DNA of 64,000 bases from Kondoa subrosea (taxonomy: Eukaryota), in NCBI GenBank assembly GCA_039545335.1, contig BCIN01000002.1, forward strand, positions 1,846,484 through 1,910,483, given 5' to 3'. The stretch's first letter is position 1. Each line of letters starts with the position of its first letter. Below the pieces are notes generated by a model. It was given only the letters and a program-made list of their open reading frames with translations, made no database searches and had not been told where the DNA came from. This document shows, in pieces, positions 56,810 to 64,000 of this stretch. Position numbers and translations under genes: made by a program.

Positions 56810-57781
56810 ATGGCTGCTCGTGACGACTCTCCCAATACCAAAACCCCATCTGGTCCTTCGCGCGCGCAGTAAGTTCCGCCCCCTTGATCATTCTGCTGTG
56901 CTGGCCTAACACGTACTCCAAGGGATGCGACTGTACCACAAAAGGATTTCGCTGAACGTTTAGGCGTTGACATTGGTGCTGATGCGACTAAGGTATGTTC
57001 TGCACCATTCATAGCAGGCTTCAATAACTGATCTTCTACGATAGGGAAGTGCAAGCGACAAAATCTCAGAGGCATTGGACAACGGCGCTGGCAACAACAC
57101 TCGTGGTGCTGGTGGAGCGGCACCCGACAACAGCCCAGGCAGCAAGATCCCTACTGGTCCAAGTGAGTGTATTCTGCAGTTACTCTCGTTGCTGTGCTCA
57201 TATCTTCTCGTTATAGGTGCAAACCAAGGTAGTACATCGCACCAGCATATTTCGACAATGCTCATGATTATCCAGATGCCACTCGCAACCAGAAGGACTT
57301 CGTCCAGCGTTTAGGTGCTTCCGATCAGCTACCTGAAGGCGCTACCAAAGGTCAAGCTTCGGAAGTGATCTCGTCTAACCTCAACTCCAGTAGCAACAAC
57401 TCAAATGGAGCAGCTCGTGACACTAATCCCAACAGCACTATCCCGTTCGTCTCATCTTGTCATCCTTATGCAATAGCTAATCCTGCATACTCTGTAGTGA
57501 AGGTCCATCTAGGTAATTGAAAGGTCTGGAGGACTCGACAGATGCTGATATCTCTCTTCCGTAACAGAGAGCAGCCAGCTACTGTCAACCAGAAGCGTGT
57601 TCTCGAGCGCGAAGGTATTGATGCAAACAGCATGACCAAGGGGTAAGTTTGACTTTCCGCCATCTCAATCTTCTCTCATCATGTGTGTCCTTACAGAGAG
57701 GCTAGCGACGCCATCAGCGCAACGTAAGTCGTCCGGTCATTCATTTATGCAAATCTGAAAGTGCCCAACAGCAAGAATTGA
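56810..57781 (+). CDS. Small hydrophilic protein with three ~55-aa repeats (DUF3072-like AT..QK...TKG.AS..IS)
   Basis: Nine exons with canonical GT-AG junctions give one open frame with three clear repeats. Confidence 0.8.
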
Positions 57782-57961
57782 TTGCCTTGAATGGTTGAAA
57801 AAGGGTCCGCAAAATGTAACATAGACATCATGCATTGCTTGTAGTCGTGCCATACCTCATTTTGACGTCGCGATATCGATGCCCTGCTAAAGTCTCCGTC
57901 AAGCATGACATCTAAGCTGCAGTGATTGCTTGTTCTTCAATCATCACCACTACAAGACAAC

Positions 57962-60327
57962 ATGAGCAACGATAAAACTCAAGCCTGGTGCGCTCTAGGA
58001 CCAGACAGTATCAAAGGCAACTTCAAGAAGCAAGAAGTTCCCTTGAAAGTGAGTTTTCGATTGCTGAGCGTGGAAAAGCACCTGATCGTCTCTCTGTTAG
58101 CCATGGATGGATGGTCAGTTTGCTGTTATAGGGTTCCATCCCAATCCGAGCTGACTATTTGCCGTTACTGCAGATGACGTCGAGATCAAGGTTTGTGTGA
58201 ACAAGATGCTTTTCATCGTCTTCTCATATATGAATAGATCCAATACTGCGGTGTTTGTGCTAGTGACTTGCACACTGCTTCAGTAGGTGTATTCTTTGCA
58301 ATGTCTCGTGCATTGCTGATGTGATGTCAAGGGCGGATGGGGTGAACCTGGTAAGAAGTTTATAGTTGCGATTCAAAACCCTGCTGATACGAATGCGGAT
58401 AACCTTACAGCTGGGTCAGTACCGCATAGTCATCGATGGTCATCGGCTAATTTTCCGCCTCAGTGGATGGCCTCAAGTTGTAAATGGATGATCTCTACAG
58501 TCCAGCGATGTCAAGCTGATCGCGTAAGCCTTCTGGACGACAGGTTGGGCATGAGATTACGGGCGTTGCGATCAGAGTCGGCAAAGATGTCAAGCACGTC
58601 AAAGAAGGTGATATCGTAAGTTTTGATCTAGACGCAATTTCTTCCCTGTGTTGAAGCTATCCGTAAGGTCGGTGTCGGTGCTCAGTCTGACTCTTGCGGC
58701 GAATGCGGACAATGCAAAAGTAACAGAAGACCATACTGCGAGTAAGTCGTTCTGTCGCTCTTAAAACGCTGAGCTGATGAAGCTTTGCTAACAGCAACGG
58801 TCAAACTGGCACTTATTCAGGTCTCTACCAAAAAGGAGCAGCAAAAGATGCGAAAAGCTACGGAGTCAGTCCCATGCTCTTCTAGTTTCCAGCCAACTAA
58901 GATTTTTGCAGGGTTATGCCGACACTTCGTAAATCTTTCGATGATTGCATGGACTATACTAACCTTGCGCCTTCCATGAGTCGTGTCCCTGGTGCTTTCG
59001 TCATGAAGATTCCGGAAGGACTTGACCCGGCTATAGCCGCCCCCATGTGGTATTTGACGATCTCTCCTCTGTATCAACTCTTTTTTCATGCTTCTTGACC
59101 GTAGCTGTGGGGGGGTCACTGTCTACTCTCCGCTTCGTCAATACGGTGCTGTATGTGTCTTTATTGAGTTCTTGTTGTCATCCAATAACATAGAGCAGGG
59201 TACTACCGCCAAGGACGTGTAAGTGAAGCATTGATCTTGTCCTGCGAAAGATGATTGATTGACGCCGTATCTAGCGGTATCGTAGGTCAGTAGTTGCAAC
59301 TTATGTCGCCGAGCTTCAGTGCTGAATAACCACTAAATCAAAAAGGTATTGGCGGACTTGGTCATTTCGGTTTGATGTTTGCAAAAGCTCTCGGAGCCAA
59401 TGTGACTGCTATCTCTCACTCCGAGAGCAAGAAGTACGTCAAATTAGCGTTTTTTCCAGTACGCTAATTGTATCGTGCAGAGCCGATGCTGAGAAGATGG
59501 GCGGTGAGTCGAGGGGTCTCATGCGTACCTCCTATGTTGAGCAGAGCTTTTGTAGCTACCCGCTTCATTGCCACTCACAGCGGCAAAGAGTATGTTTTGC
59601 AATACTGTGATTTATTCGTGACTTACAATATCTGCAGGGATGACTTCAAGCCATACGCTCGCTCTTTGGACTTGATTATCGCTACTACCAATGACCAGGA
59701 TGTTAGTAAGGATGGATGTGATTCTTCACGCTTTGCTAAAGATTTTTTTAAGATGCCTTTGTTGGGTTACTTAAGTCTGTGCGTTCACTGTGCCTTTTCC
59801 TCTCTAGATAGCTGAGCAATTGGACGACACAGTCTTCGCCCAGGAGGAAATCTCATCCTTGTGGGAGCTCCTGAAAAACCTTTACCGTCCATTCCTGCGT
59901 TCCCTCTGTTGATGAGCAACGTTCACATTGGTGGAAGTGCTATCGGCACGCTTTTCAGCTCCTGTCTAGTCTATTGCTAATAGTGGTACAGGTGATCCTA
60001 CTATTATACAAGAAATGTTGGAGCTAGCTGCCAAGCAAGGTGTCAAATCTTGGATCAAGAAGGAGAAGATGGACGACGTCAACACCGTAAGCATTTATCA
60101 CTTCTTCACGAGGCGCAAGTCTCACTGCCGGCGACATCCAGGTCATTCCCGCGTAAGTCAGATATTGTACAGCGTAAATCATTCCTCTAAATCATGTCGT
60201 CTAGAATGGATGCGGGTAAAGCTAGATATAGGTTTGTGCTTGTCAAGTGGGTCAATTTTCCTTGTGTCGCATCGTTTAGCTGATGTTTTTGCGATACCTC
60301 AGTGAGGCAAACGGCGGCAAATTGTAG
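57962..60327 (+). CDS. Zn-dependent NADP alcohol dehydrogenase (ADH6/cinnamyl-ADH family), about 25 exons
   Basis: CGVCASDLH, GHEI, structural Zn CGECGQC...C, CGGVTVYSPL, GIGGLGH and GKARYRFVLV. Confidence 0.93.
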
Positions 60328-60465
60328 AGCATGCGTTTCAGAGCGCGGAAAGGGATCTAGCTTGTACAACAGCCAAAGATTAGCTCAAGCAATTTGCAAA
60401 TGTCGTTCTTGACCCCAGATTTTCGACGACCTGCGAGTTCTTCATCAGCAGCCACTATAAGCAAA

Positions 60466-60800
60466 ATGGTTTGTACGTTAGCTCGCTGTGCCACTGTGCT
60501 TGCGCTCATATGATCACACAGTATGCATCCTATTCTGTCTTCTCTTCGCTGGAATCGATGCAGGCGTAAAGAAAGGCAAAGAGGCAGCAAAGGCTCGCAA
60601 GGACAAGAAGGCTCTAAAGAACTCCAAGCAGATTGAAGCAAAGGTCAGTCTAGTACTCATTTGTCCAGCAAGACCTCATTACTAGTACTTTCAAACAGGG
60701 CGACGTCGATGCTTTCGATCCGTCATCTACAGACGCTTCACTGCCAGTTTATTCAGAGAAGGTACTAGCTGGTCATTCTCGAGCGGTAGTCAGGATGTGA
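60466..60800 (+). CDS. Putative small protein (hydrophobic N-terminus, Lys-rich middle, LPVY motif)
   Basis: Manual splicing gives MV|LCILFCLLFAGIDAGVKKGKEAAKARKDKK...|GDVDAFD...LPVYSEK. The 3' end is ambiguous. Confidence 0.35.
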
Positions 60801-60992
60801 GCAGCTATAGTCAGCAAGGGAAATGTCAAACTGCAAGAGCTTCATACCAACTTTCTGGATCTGAATTGTTTATAGATTATGTATTTCACGTTATGCATTG
60901 ATTATTATGTTGTATAGCTCTGTACATCGTGCATTCACTTCTGTACAATTCCACGCGCGACAACTCAACCTTGATTTTAGACCAGCATCAAG

Positions 60993-63551
60993 ATGGATGT
61001 GGATGATCCTGAGCACACGGTATACCCACTTGGAGACTTTGATTTCCAGCCTGGCCCAAGTCGTAGCACAGACTATGCTCAATTCGCTGGCAAATCAATA
61101 CCGCTCGTATTCGATAATGGCTCTTCTCGTTTTCGAGCTGGCTGGGCAACAGAGCACACTCTAGGTCCTCGAATAGACGTGGACAGCATTGTGACTAAAT
61201 TCAAAGACCGCAAGACCAACAGTGTCATTCATCTCGCTGGAGCTCAAGTTTACGCAGATACAGTTTCCAAACAAAGCTCTAAGACACCTTACGAAGGGGA
61301 TCTTGTTTGCAATCTAGACGCTATGGAGAATATGCTAGACTATGCTTTCTCGAATTTGGGTATTGATGGAACGGAAACGATTGAACATCCTGTTGCCATG
61401 ACGGAAACTGTTTGCAATCCTGCCTATTCGAGATCATGTCAGCTCCAATCTGTGCTGCTTATTATCTTTTTTTGACTGATGATGCTGTCGTTCAAGTGAT
61501 GAACGAATTGTTGTTCGAGGGATATAGTGTTCCGTCTGTAGCTTATGGCAATGATGCAATCGCTTCCTTCTACCAATCTGGACTCAAAGATGGTCTCATT
61601 GTCTCCTCTTCGGCTTCCAGTACTATCATCATACCAGTGTTAGATGGTCAAGCGATTTTGAGTTGCTCGAAGCGGTACGTCTTGCCTTTTTCGTCCGAGA
61701 TCAATCTATACTGACGATACATGGACTTAGACTTTCGTATGGAGGATCTCACGCTATCGATTTCATGCTCAAATTGCTCCAGCTGAAATATCCTCATTTT
61801 CCTTCTAAGCTGTCACCTTCACAAGCAGCAGTAAGCCCAGATATATTGTCTCTCATATAGTCTGACCCAATGCAACAGAGTATTGTCAAGGAATACACCT
61901 ATTTGGCACCAGAAGATTACAATTCCACCTTGACCCCGTTAGCGAACCCAGCAGCTTTGTGTGACATCGATCGGGTCATTCAAGCGCCTTTCACACCTCT
62001 CGCACCTACAGAACAGAAGACTGAAGAAGAACTAAACGCTTTAGCAGATAAACGAAGGGAAAATATGCGTCGAATGCAACAATTGCAGAAATCTGCTAGA
62101 TTGGAAAAATTAGCTCAGAAGGAGAAGGACCTGATCTTGTTCCATCAGTTGATGAAAGATAAAGAAACAGATGATCCAAAAGAATGGATTAGGAAACTAG
62201 AAGCTGAAGGATTCATGGCTGAAGAAGAGCTGGAGGAAGCGATTAGCAAAACTGAAAAGAGCCTGAAGCGAAGCAGAGATAAAGAAGCTGGTGTAGAAGA
62301 AGAAGACAAGGTGAGTTGCCGTCGAAGTCATTTTTTGCCGAATCAAGCTTATGCAAACATGCAGGGACCACCTACTTTTCCTCTTATCGATGTAGCTGAT
62401 CATCTACTGACTGAAGAGGATCTGAAGGAGAAGAGAAGACAAAAACTGATGAAGGCTGGTTACGATGCTCGAGAAAGAGCCAAAGTAGAAAAAGAAGCCG
62501 AGCGTGTGCGCAAACAAGAAGAGGCAGAAGCAGAAGAAGCGAGACGATTAGCTGACCCCGAAGGCTGGCTTGCCGAATTGAGGGAACAACATGATGTGTG
62601 TCTTGACTCTACATCTACCGCTTCAATTGACCCTGCATGTAACAGTTAATGCTGTCACGAATCAAAGATCGCTCGAAGCACAAAGCAGCTCTGACGGATA
62701 GAAAAAGTTTGGCTGCTCAGAACCGCATGAAATCAATTACGACATTAGCAAGTGATGTTGCTTCAGGCCGAAAGCGCAAAAAGAAGGGCGGCGACGATAT
62801 GTTTGGAGCAAATGACGCAGATTGGGCCGTCTATAGAGAGATAGTATGTCTGCCTTCCATCACCTCAATTCGGAACTTACATCCTTACAGGGTGGAGATG
62901 AGTCAGAAGACGAAGAAGACGAACATACCAGACTATGGACGCTGGAACAGAAGCTTCTAGAGTACGATCCGACTTTTGGCGAAGACGATACAGCAGCGAG
63001 ACAAGCGATATTGAAAAATCAGCTTCTAAATGCTTTCACGCGAGGCATGAGACCCACCGATTCTGCAACATCTTACAACCCAGCTGACCCAGAGCAAGCT
63101 GCACAACTTCACGTTAATATAGAGCGTATCAGAGTCCCAGAAGCTTTGTACCAACCGCAGATGGCAGGTGTGGATCAAGCTGGTCTACTGGAAATTATCG
63201 GACATGTGCTCAAGCAATTTAGTCCTGTAGAGCAAGATCGTATGACAAAGGTGAGCTTACATATCGAACACCCAAAATTGCTATCTAATTTGTCCTCAGA
63301 ATGTCTTCGTTACTGGTGGATATACTCTGACGCCTAATTTCGATGTCCGACTTGCAGCTGGTCTGCAATCGATACGACCTACTGGTTCCGAAATACGTAT
63401 ACGAAGAGCAGCGGACGTCCAGCTCGATGCTTGGAAAGGATTGGCCAAATGGAGCCAGACGGATGCATTCGTCTCAGCTTCTTTAACCGCTCAAGAGTAC
63501 TACGAATCGGGAGATAGCGGTATCAGGCAGAATGCAATGCTGCTTACCTAA
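60993..63551 (+). CDS. ARP5: Actin-related protein 5 (INO80 complex)
   Basis: FDNGS..RAGW, HPVAMTE, MNELLFEGY, KEKRRQKLMKAG, DDMFGANDADW.VY, NIERIRVPE and DAWKG. Confidence 0.96.
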
Positions 63552-63717
63552 GGCAGCCGTCCGATCGACACAATGCCGCTTTGTTTTCTTTACTTTTTTG
63601 CCGTTCCGTGACTTCGAAGAGATCATGCGCTTTCTCTGCTAACACCACAGTACATAACAAGGGGACTTGAAGCGCATCAGATCACGCCTGGACGAAAGGG
63701 CGTGCAATTTGGGCGGC

Positions 63718-64000
63718 ATGTCGGAGATAGTCAACGATCCGACGCTGGAAGAGCTGAAAGCAGTCTTGAGACAAGAGTGAGTTATACGGGACACAAACTG
63801 CCTCTATCATGAGCTGAGCATCGTGCAAAGGTACGCGACACGCATCCTTGGACCTTTGGCGTTGTCGGATACACTGCTTGTTCTGCTCTCGTACGTTTCT
63901 ATCTCCTCCGACTTCGACTCCTCTGGATGCTCATAGTTGTTCTTTGCCTGTAGAGGTTGCTGTGTAGCTACGGCAATTGTCATTTGGTCGACGCAATGGC
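63718..64000 (+). CDS. Possible 5' part of a hypothetical (membrane?) protein, truncated by window end
   Basis: ATG at 63718 (MSEIVNDPTLEELK) followed by GT-AG-like boundaries and a hydrophobic stretch (ILGPLALSDTLLVLL). Confidence 0.3.

Noticed and set aside
60303..60327. ADH C-terminus GKL as a cryptic peroxisomal signal
   Set aside because: GKL is at best a weak PTS1 variant. I also saw no TGA-CTA readthrough leading to a PTS1 after the metabolic-gene stops I checked.

Overview
Eukaryotic, gene-dense, intron-rich fungal genomic DNA. It is a basidiomycete, plausibly a Pucciniomycotina yeast; this is inferred from protein families, ~50-nt introns and microexons. About 30 mostly housekeeping genes are present: class III aminotransferase, chitin synthase, CX5R phosphatase, FGGY kinase, bHLH TF, RIC1, Rab11, RRM/zinc-knuckle protein, TES1, HAD phosphatase, mitochondrial carrier, gelsolin-repeat protein, ETF-alpha, MMSDH, ASNSD1, LIP2, ELP1, ECH1, RPD3, VMA7, UTP5, LEU1, HSF-type TF, RLP24, a small triple-repeat protein, NADP-ADH and ARP5. 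I recognised no tRNA, rRNA, transposase, CRISPR array or secondary-metabolite cluster. CDS coordinates are first-to-last-codon gene spans from manual splicing, not validated by transcripts. I found no clear novel multi-gene system. The most notable signals are at the RNA-processing level: an apparent GT-TG intron, 4-5 nt microexons, many GC-AG donors, a 25-exon ADH gene, a long RRM-splitting intron that may support AS-NMD, and a NAGNAG stop switch. Also notable are extreme gene packing around LIP2, a candidate spliced structured ncRNA near 420-930, a capping-protein-interaction motif formed across a splice junction, and a DUF3072-like repeat protein.
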